Source of the DNA: an uncultured Pseudomonadales bacterium
GTDB taxonomy: Bacteria > Patescibacteriota > Microgenomatia > UBA1400 > PJMF01
Assembly: GCA_964437755.1 (NCBI GenBank)
Contig: CAYTIA010000003.1
Location: 7,641 to 71,640 of the forward strand
Direction: 5' to 3'
Length of the DNA: 64,000 bases
Every line of letters begins with the position of its first letter. Positions within the stretch are counted from its first letter, which is position 1. Made by a program: the position numbers and the translations under genes. Shown here one piece after another: positions 27,789-38,196 of the stretch. A model generated the notes under the pieces. It saw only the letters and a list, made by a program, of their open reading frames with translations, searched no databases and was not told the origin of the DNA.

Positions 27789-30122
27789 CTATAATTTCGC
27801 CCTGATCTGCATCTCCTCTTCAATAAGAGCTCTGTCTTTTCCGTATTTAAGCCTAGACAACTCCTTAATCATTTCAGCTAATTTTGGATTCATTTGTGCC
27901 TCAATCTTGTCCATATCTTTTTCAAGAGATACGCTAAAAGGTGGAACTGGCTCATTATTCACAATCGTTTTCATGTACACATGATATTTTTCAATGTTTG
28001 TTAAATCTGCTTCATTAAAGGTTGGCACAAATTCATGTTGCAAGAAATTTGCATCAGTCACACCAACTCTAAAAGAAACCATGGTGCCTACATTACCAAA
28101 AACGGCATTTTTTACATCTTCTTCTATTTGACCGACATACTGATTGGCAACTATTAGGTTTAGTTTGTATTTTCTTGCCTCAGACAAAATCACAGCAAAG
28201 TCTTCGGTTGCATAATTCTGAAACTCATCAACGTATAAAAAGAAGTCATGTCGTTGATCTTGAGGTACATCAGCTCTACTCATGGCAGCGGTTAAGATTT
28301 TTGGTACCAGAATCAATCCCAAGAATTTGGCATCTTCCTCTCCCAAAACACCTTTTGAAAGATTACAAAGAAGAATTTTCTTTTCGTCCATTGCTTTTCT
28401 AAAGTCAAAAGCGCTCTGAGTTTGACCAATAATATTACGCATCACTTTGTTGGTCACAAAACGACCAAATTTTGAAACAATATAGTCCAATACTTCCGAC
28501 TTATGAAAATCGCTCGTTTGCGCAATTTGATCAGTCCAGTATCTTTTAACAACTGGATCTTTAATATAAGGTAACATCTCTTTAACAAAGTTTTCATCTG
28601 TGAGAATTCTCACCACTTCGATAAATGTTGAGTTTTCCCTACTCATAACTGATAGCATTGCATTTCTAATAGCATGCTCGAAACGAGGTCCAATAATACC
28701 TGTGCGGTGCGGATCATACAGCTTATACATTAAGGAAATAATAGAACCTACAACAAAATGTCTTTGGTCCTCATTGTAGGCCTCCATGATGTTAAGGCCC
28801 ATTGGACGCTCCTTATCTGATGGATTGAAGTAAATCACGTCCTCAGCTCTCTCCGCAGGCATTAGCTGCATCACATCCTCCACAAACTCTCCGTGCGGAT
28901 CAATGGCAGCAACCCCATGACCGTTTTCAATATCCTGCAAGATCATCTGCTTAAGAAATTCGGATTTACCCGTACCGGTTTTACCAACAATATACATGTG
29001 ACGCCTGCGATCCTTAAGGCTCATATACACTTTTCGCGTTTCACCTCGATAATGAGATTCTCCTATAAATAATCCTGACTGAGGAATTTCGTGTGGAGCC
29101 GGTGCGTTTTTAGCCGTTAACCACTTAATGTGATGAGTCTCAACCGTTTTGTTAGGAAAATGAAAGATGGTAGCTAGCTCAGATGTATTAAAAACACTAG
29201 TACCCTTATTAAAAAGAGGCATATAGCGATAAATAAAATCAATCATAAATAAGTGCTTTAAAAAAATGCGAACTTTTTTAAATGAGTTGTGAGCTGAAAC
29301 AAACTGAGAAAAAGAGCCTTTCACATTTTCAACATGAAGTTTTGCCATCTCTTCATTTTGAGCTGAAACTACAACTCTAATAGATGTTCTAAAACCAGGC
29401 CTAGAAATCTTGTCGCTAATAGCTTCCATTTCTTTAGGATCGTGAGTGTATGAGGCCTTTTCAGGATCTGCTTCCTTTTTCTTTTGCTTACTCATATAAG
29501 AATTTCCTCTTTTTTGCCAACGACCACCGATGGGTTGAATCAGTATCTGCAACACTCCTCCCTCGCCTGTTTGCATTTTTGATAAAGATGATGTGATTAA
29601 GGACAGTCCATCTGTCGGTAAATCCTTATAAGTTTGAATTGGATAATAGGTTGGTTTTTCAAGCTTAATTGCCCCAAAAGCAACCTTACCCTCTTCGTTA
29701 AAAATATTCACCTCATCAACCTCTTTAATTACGGCTTGAGGATAGGCGCCATTAATTTGTTTCTCAACGATGTCTTGAATTTTTTTGGAGCAACTTACAT
29801 AAAATCCAAGCTCTTCTTGTAATGACACTATTTCAAAAGCTATTGTTTCTTGTCTTTTTGTAAAAGAAAAAAAACCACTTTTATGCAAAGAATAAAGACC
29901 AGCAAACATCTGTTCGGCCGCATCGATCTTGATTTCATTGTCTTTAGGAAGTTTGACCAGGAGAGTTACAAAATTAATAGCATAATCTTCTCTTTTTAAA
30001 TGCTTTAGCCATTGGGCAAACATATAAATAAATACCCCAATCAACAGAATAATTAGCACAAATAAAAGGATACCTGCAAAAACTGCAAAAAGTTGGTTTA
30101 CTAGTTGATTAATTGAGTCCAT
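27789..30122 (-). CDS. FtsK/HerA-superfamily secretion ATPase, VirB4/TraC-like (DUF87-type)
   Basis: N-terminal TM, an about 350-aa N-domain, Walker A 'GKTGTGKSEF', 'AAIDPHGE', Walker B 'FFLYVDEFQNY', and 'RKYKLNLIVANQYVGQI' (the RKYG..ATQ motif of VirB4/VirD4/HerA). Confidence 0.55.
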   Translation of the reverse strand: MDSINQLVNQLFAVFAGILLFVLIILLIGVFIYMFAQWLKHLKREDYAINFVTLLVKLPKDNEIKIDAAEQMFAGLYSLHKSGFFSFTKRQETIAFEIVSLQEELGFYVSCSKKIQDIVEKQINGAYPQAVIKEVDEVNIFNEEGKVAFGAIKLEKPTYYPIQTYKDLPTDGLSLITSSLSKMQTGEGGVLQILIQPIGGRWQKRGNSYMSKQKKKEADPEKASYTHDPKEMEAISDKISRPGFRTSIRVVVSAQNEEMAKLHVENVKGSFSQFVSAHNSFKKVRIFLKHLFMIDFIYRYMPLFNKGTSVFNTSELATIFHFPNKTVETHHIKWLTAKNAPAPHEIPQSGLFIGESHYRGETRKVYMSLKDRRRHMYIVGKTGTGKSEFLKQMILQDIENGHGVAAIDPHGEFVEDVMQLMPAERAEDVIYFNPSDKERPMGLNIMEAYNEDQRHFVVGSIISLMYKLYDPHRTGIIGPRFEHAIRNAMLSVMSRENSTFIEVVRILTDENFVKEMLPYIKDPVVKRYWTDQIAQTSDFHKSEVLDYIVSKFGRFVTNKVMRNIIGQTQSAFDFRKAMDEKKILLCNLSKGVLGEEDAKFLGLILVPKILTAAMSRADVPQDQRHDFFLYVDEFQNYATEDFAVILSEARKYKLNLIVANQYVGQIEEDVKNAVFGNVGTMVSFRVGVTDANFLQHEFVPTFNEADLTNIEKYHVYMKTIVNNEPVPPFSVSLEKDMDKIEAQMNPKLAEMIKELSRLKYGKDRALIEEEMQIRAKL

Positions 30123-30131
30123 ATTTTTCTT

Positions 30132-30827
30132 TTATTCTTTTGATGAATTTTCTAAGTAAACAACCTTGCCCGCAAACATTTTAATAATCTTTTGACTCCA
30201 TTCTACCAACCACCTAATGCTGTATTTTGGACTTTTCCTCTTTCCTTTTTTTTGAATCTCTGGTGTAATCGGTAAAACAATAACTGGTTCAGATACAAAC
30301 TGGTTTTGAGTTGGCAAATTAGCTATCTCATCCACAATTGCAATTTCCTTCGGAGCTTGATCTTTATCATCGTGAACTTCCTGAAGATATTTCTCAACTT
30401 CTGGAGATAATTCGGGACTTTTTTCGACCTCAACCACTTGGACACTTGCTCCTTGCTCAACAGATGACTGAATCGAGCCCTCAACTTCTTTTTTTACAGA
30501 AGAAATTGGAGATTGATCTAGAGGAGGGAGATTAATTCCAGGTTTTTTTAATGGTGATTGATCTGATAAATCTGAGTCAGTTTGCTGAAGAAGAACAACT
30601 TGCCTTTCTTGCTCGACTTCATCTATTGCTTTTTCCAATAGGATTAAGGCGTCTAGTTGAGAAAGCTTTTCTGAATTCAAGTTATTAGCTGAGTTAGCTT
30701 CGGCTACATCTGCTATCACATCCTGATTGCTACCCACTATTTTTTTGACTGTTGGACTAGATAAGGCCGAACTCTGCTTGGTGCGATATTTGTTCAAAAG
30801 ACTTGATGGCGTAAATTGGGCAGACAT
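30132..30827 (-). CDS. Acidic Ser/Pro/Gln-rich low-complexity protein (hypothetical), immediately upstream of the VirB4-like ATPase
   Basis: ORF only. Low-complexity composition with a basic C-terminal end 'KKGKRKSPKY'. Confidence 0.3.
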   Translation of the reverse strand: MSAQFTPSSLLNKYRTKQSSALSSPTVKKIVGSNQDVIADVAEANSANNLNSEKLSQLDALILLEKAIDEVEQERQVVLLQQTDSDLSDQSPLKKPGINLPPLDQSPISSVKKEVEGSIQSSVEQGASVQVVEVEKSPELSPEVEKYLQEVHDDKDQAPKEIAIVDEIANLPTQNQFVSEPVIVLPITPEIQKKGKRKSPKYSIRWLVEWSQKIIKMFAGKVVYLENSSKE

Positions 30828-30932
30828 ATTTTAGTACTCAAATATCAACAGGTCATAATTAGACACAGGTCTATCTTACTAGGAATATGCTTGAGAATAA
30901 AGTATCTATATAAGTTAGTTAATAATGCCTAC

Positions 30933-31496
30933 TCAATAAATCGCTTCATAAATTGTTTCATTACATACCAGCCTATCCCCGATATTGATGTTCTTCTCCT
31001 CTACAAAACCCTCATTCACCTCAATTAAAATATCTATAGGAACAGATGGAGAATAAGTTGGCAATGTTTCAAGAGCTTCGTAGTTTAAAGGAGCCTGTAA
31101 TCCATAGGTTATGTCAACAACCTCTCCATCAACTATCCAAATTAGATCAATGTTGAACTTCATCTCTTTCATCCAAATACTGTGGAAATCTTTTTTGTTA
31201 AAAACAAATAGTAAGCCATCACTCCCGATTTCGTCTCTGCCGCTTAACCCCAGAATTCTACTTGTCGAACTATTTACTATTTCAAAAAAATAACTCTTTT
31301 CACCAAGAGAAAAGCTTAATTTCGAACCATCCTTAACCTGCCTTAATTTCTCCACTAGCTCACTCTTTGTTAAATTTTTATTATTGAAGATGTTTTTTTC
31401 TCCAATTAACACTGCTATCAAACTTATAAATAGAACTAAAAAAACGATGTTTGATATTTTTTTTAACGATTTTTTCATTTCATTAAAGCTGACCAA
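30933..31496 (-). CDS. Secreted DUF192-like protein
   Basis: N-terminal signal/TM, then 'FNIDLIWIVDGEVVDI', typical of the DUF192 (COG1430) fold. Confidence 0.4.
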   Translation of the reverse strand: MVSFNEMKKSLKKISNIVFLVLFISLIAVLIGEKNIFNNKNLTKSELVEKLRQVKDGSKLSFSLGEKSYFFEIVNSSTSRILGLSGRDEIGSDGLLFVFNKKDFHSIWMKEMKFNIDLIWIVDGEVVDITYGLQAPLNYEALETLPTYSPSVPIDILIEVNEGFVEEKNINIGDRLVCNETIYEAIY

Positions 31497-31960
31497 ATGC
31501 TAATTAACAAAAAATAGAATGTTGCAACAATAACCAATAGCTCTATTTGTGATGGGTCCAAACTTTTTTTTAATTGAGATAAAAATCTTTTTTGAAAGAG
31601 AATTACATTTTTCTTGAGTAACCACATCTCTTGGACTAATCCAAGCAATATACCTAACACAAACCCTTTTCCTAGGGCCCCACTTGTTGATGAAACAACA
31701 AAAAATGACAAAGGAACTAACAAAAGTAAAAAAAGCGTCGATCTTGATATTAAAACACTGTCTGCAAATTGGTCATCTTGTTGAGATTTTTCAGCGTAAT
31801 ATTTTAAGAGATATTTCTCATCAGCTATTAACAAAACTATTCCAAAAATGACTCCTGCTACAAACAACACCATTCTCAGCCATGAATCAATCATTAACAA
31901 AAAAGGTAAACAGTACAATATTGAAACTAGTAGTTTGTTGTTACTTAGTTTATTGATCAT
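31475..31960 (-). CDS. Hypothetical membrane protein (about 4 TM)
   Basis: ORF with hydrophobic segments only. Confidence 0.3.
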   Translation of the reverse strand: MINKLSNNKLLVSILYCLPFLLMIDSWLRMVLFVAGVIFGIVLLIADEKYLLKYYAEKSQQDDQFADSVLISRSTLFLLLLVPLSFFVVSSTSGALGKGFVLGILLGLVQEMWLLKKNVILFQKRFLSQLKKSLDPSQIELLVIVATFYFLLISIWSALMK

Positions 31961-33230
31961 GATGAATTTTTTTAACTGCTAATATTTTTATAAGACTTTC
32001 ATTAACCTTTTTTGCAAACTCTTCATCTTGCTCGTAATGAGCAGAAAGTTCTTTAACTACTTTCGTTAATTGATTAGCCTCAACTCCAGAACCAAACACC
32101 AAAACATTATTGCCCGCCATTATTGCCTGATAAGAAAGAACTGAAAGTTTCTCTTCTTGCAAAAGACTCGTTTTACTCAAAGTATTTCCATCAGAAACAT
32201 CTAGTTCTAAAAATGAAAAATTTTTCACAAAATCATTTGCTGAGCTGTTTAAAGCTCCCATTTCAAGAGCGTCAGTAAACAAAATAACTAGTGGCATTTT
32301 ATTATTAAAAACAGAAAGACATTCTTCACTCATAGAACAGGGTTTCCCCTCAAGCATATCTTTAATTTGTACATGTGAACTCATTACTCCAATATTGGGA
32401 TAAATATCAAGAACTTTTGAAAATATTAAGGTATCGTTTTCGTTTAATTGGATTGAGTCAGGAAACTTGTGTAAGTCTTTTGATGTTTGTCCTAATCCAG
32501 GAAAATGCTTGATAACTGGCAAAATTTGCTGATCTCCAAACACCTTTATAAACTCGATCGAGGTTATTAACAATGAATCATAATCGGAACAACTTCGATC
32601 ACCCAACACCTTGCTATCGATATCGAGAACTGGAGCAAAAATAATATTTACTCCTAGATCACTTAGTTCTTTTGCAGACGAAAATAATTGCTGTTGTAAA
32701 TCATATTTATCAGCATCACACATCTCTTTTAATGATGGCAGCTGAGTAAAACCTTCACCAGATAATCTTTGGACCGATCCCCCCTCATGATCTACGGCAA
32801 TTAGAGGCTGAAGAGCCTTATTGTTGAATAACTCTTTTATTTGCTTTAAATGAGAAGATGCGTTGTCAAAAGAAACATTTGACCCAAATAAGGTAATAAT
32901 TCCCGGATCAAGTTTGGTTAACTCAGCCGAGCTTGTTGAACTAAGACCCACAGTCTTTGAATCTTTTGCTTCATTAGAGTCATCCAACTCCGAATTGATC
33001 ACTAACGAATAAGCAATTAATTGTGAAATTTTTTGCTCTGTTGTGAGCTCATTTAGAATTTTTAACCTCTCATCAATATAATTTTCTGCTAACTCAGCAT
33101 TAACTTCCTCCTTAACTTCTTCAACAACCGTGTCGACACTTAGAAACGGTTTTGCAAAGTAGTTATAACCCATTAAAACTGCAATAAAAAACAGTATTAG
33201 AACAAATATTTGAGTTGAGCGATTGGTCAT
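31950..33230 (-). CDS. Glycoside hydrolase family 3 N-terminal-domain protein (beta-N-acetylhexosaminidase NagZ-like), membrane-anchored
   Basis: 'PLIAVDHEGGSVQRL' and 'KHFPGLGQT' GH3 motifs, with an N-terminal TM. Confidence 0.6.
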   Translation of the reverse strand: MTNRSTQIFVLILFFIAVLMGYNYFAKPFLSVDTVVEEVKEEVNAELAENYIDERLKILNELTTEQKISQLIAYSLVINSELDDSNEAKDSKTVGLSSTSSAELTKLDPGIITLFGSNVSFDNASSHLKQIKELFNNKALQPLIAVDHEGGSVQRLSGEGFTQLPSLKEMCDADKYDLQQQLFSSAKELSDLGVNIIFAPVLDIDSKVLGDRSCSDYDSLLITSIEFIKVFGDQQILPVIKHFPGLGQTSKDLHKFPDSIQLNENDTLIFSKVLDIYPNIGVMSSHVQIKDMLEGKPCSMSEECLSVFNNKMPLVILFTDALEMGALNSSANDFVKNFSFLELDVSDGNTLSKTSLLQEEKLSVLSYQAIMAGNNVLVFGSGVEANQLTKVVKELSAHYEQDEEFAKKVNESLIKILAVKKIHHDQ

Positions 33231-33260
33231 AAATTATACATATAATACCCTAAAACAGTT

Positions 33261-33611
33261 TCAAGAATTATTTTTTAAGTTATCGCTTTTTACGAGCTCT
33301 TCTTTTAATTGCTTGAGTTTCCACATAAAAAGCGCTCCTTTATTTTTAGCATTTGAATCTGAAACAAAGCTTAAAGCTCTTTCTAACAAGCCACGATTCT
33401 CCTTTTTTGCTAATTTTATATATAGGCTTTTATGCTTTAGATCATCTAGTTCAAGCGCCAATCTATAACCGTAATCTTGAAATTCTTGAGAGATATACCC
33501 CTTTCCATCTTTAATCTGATAATGAGAAAATAAATCTCCTAGTGGTTGAAAAGTTGGATCGTCTTTTTTTGTTGAAGAACTTGGTTTTTTGTCGTTTTTG
33601 TGTGAAATCAT
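33261..33611 (-). CDS. Hypothetical small basic protein
   Basis: ORF only. Confidence 0.3.
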   Translation of the reverse strand: MISHKNDKKPSSSTKKDDPTFQPLGDLFSHYQIKDGKGYISQEFQDYGYRLALELDDLKHKSLYIKLAKKENRGLLERALSFVSDSNAKNKGALFMWKLKQLKEELVKSDNLKNNS

Positions 33612-33623
33612 AACTTAAAGAAT

Positions 33624-34847
33624 TTACTCTTTTTCTTCCTGTATTAATAAGCTCATGAGAGCTCCTAAAGACCCAAGTAGGAATAATCCTGTCCATCCAA
33701 CTGGAAAGACGAAAAAGAATATTAATAAAACCGCCCAAAACAACGCAGCGGCCATAGCTCTATTGAATGCATAGTAAACAAAATATGAAAACTCTTGATC
33801 TCCTTTTCCTCTTCTAAACAGAATGCTGTCGTTAAATAACCAGTGAAAATTGCCAACCACTCTGCTACAAGCGTCAACTGCAACCACTCCCCAAACATTT
33901 ATTACCGCCAATCTCAAAAGTGACAAAGTAGAAAGAAATCCACCAGAAAAATAAAAGGGCTTATTTGATTTTCTTTTTTTATCAAGTAAATTTCCAACAA
34001 ACAGATTTATAACCATCGCGACGAAAAGAGAGATGCTATAAACATAACCAACCTTTTCAACATCTCCTAACAAGAGATAAACATACAAAGGCCAAAGAGT
34101 AATACTCATGTCATAAAAATACCTACCAGATTGAGAAGTGGTAAGTTTAATGAAGCTTTTTTCCTTCATCCATTCGAAGTACTCCTTAAGATTAACCTCA
34201 TCTTTTTCTTGAGGAAGATCAAGCTTAAAAAGACCCATCAGTGAAATTAGCAACAAAACAATGCTTATGTAAAAAAGATAGTTATATCCAAAAAATAATA
34301 TAATTAATCCTCCTACTGCTGGAGCTATCATTGAAGTAAAGTTTGAAATAAATCCAAATCTTCCTAGATTTTTTCCCATGCTCTTCTTAAATGAAAGTCT
34401 AGCAATCAAAGTATTGTAAGAAGGCCAATAAAAAACTAGCTGAAGACCAGCTAAAAATGATCCAACTAAAAGAAACAATGGCGATTTACCAGCACCTGAA
34501 AAACTAACTAAAAACAACATATAAGATAACGTGCCCATAATCATTGACCACTCATGACCAACTTTAATGGAAAAAGCTGCCTGAATCATACAAAAAATAG
34601 CACTTACAACTCTTTCAATAAAATAAAAAGCCGCAATAAGTACCATGCCTTTTTGGATGGAATTCAATTCCCATCCCCACCAACCCAGTTGTTGAGCTTG
34701 ATGAAAAAGAAATAGAGGTAAATAAAAAAAACTTAAATTTCCAGCAAGTTGTCTAAACATATAACTAAATGAAAGCCAAACTCGATTTTTCTTTCTTCTG
34801 GTAAATCTTTTTTCTACTGAGTTCAATATTTCTTTTACATTGGGCAT
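33624..34847 (-). CDS. MFS-type transporter (12 TM)
   Basis: Two 6-TM halves, an N-terminal 'FSYMFRQLAGNLSFFYLPLFL' region and a 'GRFGF' loop. Confidence 0.5.
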   Translation of the reverse strand: MPNVKEILNSVEKRFTRRKKNRVWLSFSYMFRQLAGNLSFFYLPLFLFHQAQQLGWWGWELNSIQKGMVLIAAFYFIERVVSAIFCMIQAAFSIKVGHEWSMIMGTLSYMLFLVSFSGAGKSPLFLLVGSFLAGLQLVFYWPSYNTLIARLSFKKSMGKNLGRFGFISNFTSMIAPAVGGLIILFFGYNYLFYISIVLLLISLMGLFKLDLPQEKDEVNLKEYFEWMKEKSFIKLTTSQSGRYFYDMSITLWPLYVYLLLGDVEKVGYVYSISLFVAMVINLFVGNLLDKKRKSNKPFYFSGGFLSTLSLLRLAVINVWGVVAVDACSRVVGNFHWLFNDSILFRRGKGDQEFSYFVYYAFNRAMAAALFWAVLLIFFFVFPVGWTGLFLLGSLGALMSLLIQEEKE

Positions 34848-34860
34848 AGATTTTATATAG

Positions 34861-35421
34861 TTAGAAACTTAATATTTTTCGTTCAATAAGTTGAGCGACA
34901 ATTTTTTCAAAGACCTCCTCAAGAACTCTTAATTGAACTGACTCTAGACTTTGCAACACATATTTTTCTGATGGAATTTGCCTATTCCCATCTCGATCAT
35001 CTGAGCCTATTCTTATGTGCCAAAAATCCATAGTGTTCAAGTGTTGATAAATAGAACTAAGACCGTTGTGATCCTTTGGTCCCGTAGCGAGCTGAATCTT
35101 AAACTCTCCAAACTTTATATCAAGATCATCATGAGCCACAAACAAATACTCATTTGCTAATTGAGCCATGCTGGATCCCGAGTCTCCATAAAAGTTTAAT
35201 ACTTTTGAAACCGCTTCGCCAGACAAATTCATAAATGTTTGTGGTTTAACTAACACTAAGTTTGAATTTATTGATAGTTCAGTCTGAAGCTTATTTTTAA
35301 AGGAAAATTGCTCCAGATGATATTTCAGAAGCAGAAAATCCAAAAACATAAAGCCTAAGTTGTGTCTGGTTAATTGGTATTTTTCCCCTGGATTACCTAA
35401 ACCGACTAATATATTTTTCAT
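34861..35421 (-). CDS. pth: Peptidyl-tRNA hydrolase
   Basis: 'MKNILVGLGNPGEKYQLTRHNLGFM' Pth N-terminal signature. The start was chosen at the internal ATG (35421) rather than the track start. Confidence 0.8.
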   Translation of the reverse strand: MKNILVGLGNPGEKYQLTRHNLGFMFLDFLLLKYHLEQFSFKNKLQTELSINSNLVLVKPQTFMNLSGEAVSKVLNFYGDSGSSMAQLANEYLFVAHDDLDIKFGEFKIQLATGPKDHNGLSSIYQHLNTMDFWHIRIGSDDRDGNRQIPSEKYVLQSLESVQLRVLEEVFEKIVAQLIERKILSF

Positions 35422-35521
35422 AAATACCATTCTATCAACATCAGATATAATTACCATGCGATAATCCTAGCGCACAAAACAATACCTTTGACAAAATTAT
35501 CAAATCATTAAAAAAAATAAT

Positions 35522-36379
35522 ATGGTCCGCTCTTTTTCAATAATTATTCCAACTCTTAACGAAGAAAAGTACCTTCCCAATCTACTAGAAGACCTTTCTA
35601 ATCAGAATTATAAAAATTTTGAAGTCATAGTAGTTGATGGTAGTTCTAAAGATAAAACTTTAGAAAAAGCTAAAACATTCTCTTCAAAACTAGATCTAGC
35701 AATCATTGATTCAAAACAAAGAGACGTTGGATATCAAAGAAATAGTGGAGCTAAGCGTGCAAGCAGTGATTGGTTAATATTTATGGATGCTGATAATCGA
35801 GTTCCGAACTCATTTTTAGCCGATCTTAAAAAAGTCTTGGACAATGATAAAAAAATAGATGCATTTTCTTGTTGGATAAAGGTTGATGAATACCCAGTAA
35901 TTCATAGACCCACGGTTAGATTTATTAATTTTAGCTTTAGCTTACTTGGTACTGAGGCTATGGGAGCAATGATTGGAATAAAAAAAGATATCTTCTCCAA
36001 ACTTGAGTTTGCAGAAGGTCAAATATATGAAGATGCTGATTTAATAAAAAGACTCTCAAAAGCTGGCTACAAATACAAGTATCTTCAAAAACCCTCTTAT
36101 ATTTACTCATTTAGAAGATTTGAAAAAGAGGGAACCCTGAAACTAGCCTCCATTGCAATAGAGGGCAGAATTCGCATGCTTTTAAACAAATCTGTTAAAG
36201 ACTATGATAAATATCCAATGATTGGAGGTGAATATTATGATGGAAGCCAGTCATTCAACTTAATAAAGCAAATGGATAAAATTGAAAACTACTTTAAAAA
36301 AGCAACAAAGAAACAAATTGAAAAAGCAAAAAAAATTTGGTCAATTCTTATTGAAGATGAACTAGCTTCAAAAGATTAA
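35522..36379 (+). CDS. Glycosyltransferase family 2 (dolichyl/polyprenyl-phosphate sugar transferase-like)
   Basis: 'FSIIIPTLNEEKYLPNLLEDL...VIVVDGSSKDKT' and 'IFMDADN' motifs. Confidence 0.7.
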   Translation: MVRSFSIIIPTLNEEKYLPNLLEDLSNQNYKNFEVIVVDGSSKDKTLEKAKTFSSKLDLAIIDSKQRDVGYQRNSGAKRASSDWLIFMDADNRVPNSFLADLKKVLDNDKKIDAFSCWIKVDEYPVIHRPTVRFINFSFSLLGTEAMGAMIGIKKDIFSKLEFAEGQIYEDADLIKRLSKAGYKYKYLQKPSYIYSFRRFEKEGTLKLASIAIEGRIRMLLNKSVKDYDKYPMIGGEYYDGSQSFNLIKQMDKIENYFKKATKKQIEKAKKIWSILIEDELASKD

Positions 36380-38160
36380 CTAACCACAATATTTTTTAGC
36401 TCGTCAAAAGTTGTAATCTGCTCCAGTTTTTTGTCATCTCTAAACTTGATAAGACGAGGAAAGCGAAGAGCTTTTCCAGCAGTATGGAGAGGAGAGTTGG
36501 TTAATTCATCGGCTGCTATTTCAACAACGATATTCGGATCCAGCCAGACATCTGGAAATAGTTCTTTCGGCACGTCATAGTTAACAGGTTTATTTTTTGT
36601 TTGAGAAATATCTGCTCTACTCTTTAAATCAATAAATTGATCATCTGATAATCCTGTGCCAATCTTTGCCACTGTTTTTATTTCTCCATTTTTGGCTAAA
36701 ACACCCACTAAAAATGCTCCTACTCCAAATTTGGTTCTTTTTCCTTTTCCTAAGTAATAACCCATAACTATACAATCAAGAGAATCACTTAGCTTTCCTC
36801 TTTCACCCTCTTGCTCTTTAATCTTCACCCAACTCCAGCCCTTTCTTCCCGCCCGATAGCGCGAACCAACTCGCTTGATCACCGCACCCTCCAAACCCTT
36901 CTGAAGTTGTAGCGTATGATACCTGTGTACTTGATCAGCATTAGAAGTAACTATAAAGTCTGTTATTTGCACTGTTTGATTATGAGTTACAACATTGGCT
37001 AATTTTGCTTTTCTTTCAACTAAAGGAACATCAATTAGCGAGTTTCCATCTAAAAACAACAGGTCGAATAGATAAAATCTAATTGGTGTATTGCCAGATT
37101 GCTCTTGAATATTGTGCTTACGCTTGCGAGTAATGGTTTGTTGAAATGGCAATAACTCATCTGAAACCGAGTCATAACCAATAGCTTCCGCATCAAAAAT
37201 GCAGCTTTCTGCTTTAATTTGTTTTAATAACTCATCAGCTTCAGGAAACATGTGAGTTACATCCTCCAAGCTTCTGGTATATATCTTAATAGGTGATTCT
37301 TGTTCATGCCTATTGATATGAATTTGTGCACGCAACCCATCATACTTTGGCTCCACTATTACTTCGCCCATTTTTTCTATTATTTCTTGAGCAGAGTTTA
37401 ATCTTTGACATAAAGCCGGCAACACAGGAACTCCTGACTCTAATTCATAACTTTTTAAAAAATTGTACCTATCTTCTTTTGAGGCAGATTCCAAATATCC
37501 TTGAGCAAGTTTGCCTATATCTGCTTTTTTTTGATAAGCTTCTTCAATTATTGAGCTATCAGTTTTATCTCCATTCGCAAACCAAGATAAAGCATCAATT
37601 ATTGTCATTGTTGAAAAACCAAGCCTGATTTTTCCCAAAATAATTCTGGCAACAAACTTTGCAGAAACATGATCAAGCCCTGAAGCTAAGATTGAAACTT
37701 GTTCAACTTTTCTATCTTGAGATCCATCTCCATTATCTTTGGCAACTAACTCCAAATGATTATAAACCTCAAGAATAGATGGGTTTGATGTTTCAGCCTG
37801 ATCTTTTAAAAGCAACTCTATGCTTAGTCCAAGATCTCCGGTTTGTTTATAAGATTGCTCAATTGTTTTTAAATAAAAACTATCGTCTTGTTGATTAAAA
37901 AGGTTTGAGGTTGGCAAACTTCCATCAAGACTAACCTCTGCTAGAACTTTAGCAAAAGCCCTCATTAACAACTTTTCACTCATCTGAAACTCTAGCGATT
38001 TGTAAATAGGCACCAACCTTCCCTGCATCAAATAACAAGCAATTGCAATTTCATTAGACTCTAGTTCTTTAAATATTTCAGCTAATTGAGCTGTCATCTC
38101 CAATCGAGAACTAGTGTTCTCTAATTTCTGCAGGTAGGTACTAAATTGAGAGAAATTCAT
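36376..38160 (-). CDS. ATP-dependent DNA ligase
   Basis: Motif I 'EPKYDGLRAQIH' (KxDGxR) with the adenylation and OB domain layout. 594 aa. Confidence 0.75.
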   Translation of the reverse strand: MNFSQFSTYLQKLENTSSRLEMTAQLAEIFKELESNEIAIACYLMQGRLVPIYKSLEFQMSEKLLMRAFAKVLAEVSLDGSLPTSNLFNQQDDSFYLKTIEQSYKQTGDLGLSIELLLKDQAETSNPSILEVYNHLELVAKDNGDGSQDRKVEQVSILASGLDHVSAKFVARIILGKIRLGFSTMTIIDALSWFANGDKTDSSIIEEAYQKKADIGKLAQGYLESASKEDRYNFLKSYELESGVPVLPALCQRLNSAQEIIEKMGEVIVEPKYDGLRAQIHINRHEQESPIKIYTRSLEDVTHMFPEADELLKQIKAESCIFDAEAIGYDSVSDELLPFQQTITRKRKHNIQEQSGNTPIRFYLFDLLFLDGNSLIDVPLVERKAKLANVVTHNQTVQITDFIVTSNADQVHRYHTLQLQKGLEGAVIKRVGSRYRAGRKGWSWVKIKEQEGERGKLSDSLDCIVMGYYLGKGKRTKFGVGAFLVGVLAKNGEIKTVAKIGTGLSDDQFIDLKSRADISQTKNKPVNYDVPKELFPDVWLDPNIVVEIAADELTNSPLHTAGKALRFPRLIKFRDDKKLEQITTFDELKNIVVS

Positions 38161-38196
38161 AAAAATATCTTATCATCACACGCTTAAACATTAAGC

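Noticed and set aside
27789-30827. Possible readthrough or fusion between the acidic 231-aa ORF and the VirB4-like ATPase (same frame, 9-nt gap)
   Set aside because: The separating codon is TAA followed by a canonical ATG start. The same-frame placement has a 1-in-3 chance expectation, and the two products have unrelated composition. Treated as separate genes.
33511-33738. 75-aa ORF overlapping the MFS transporter 3' end and the small downstream gene
   Set aside because: Out-of-frame overlap with two better-supported ORFs. No features.
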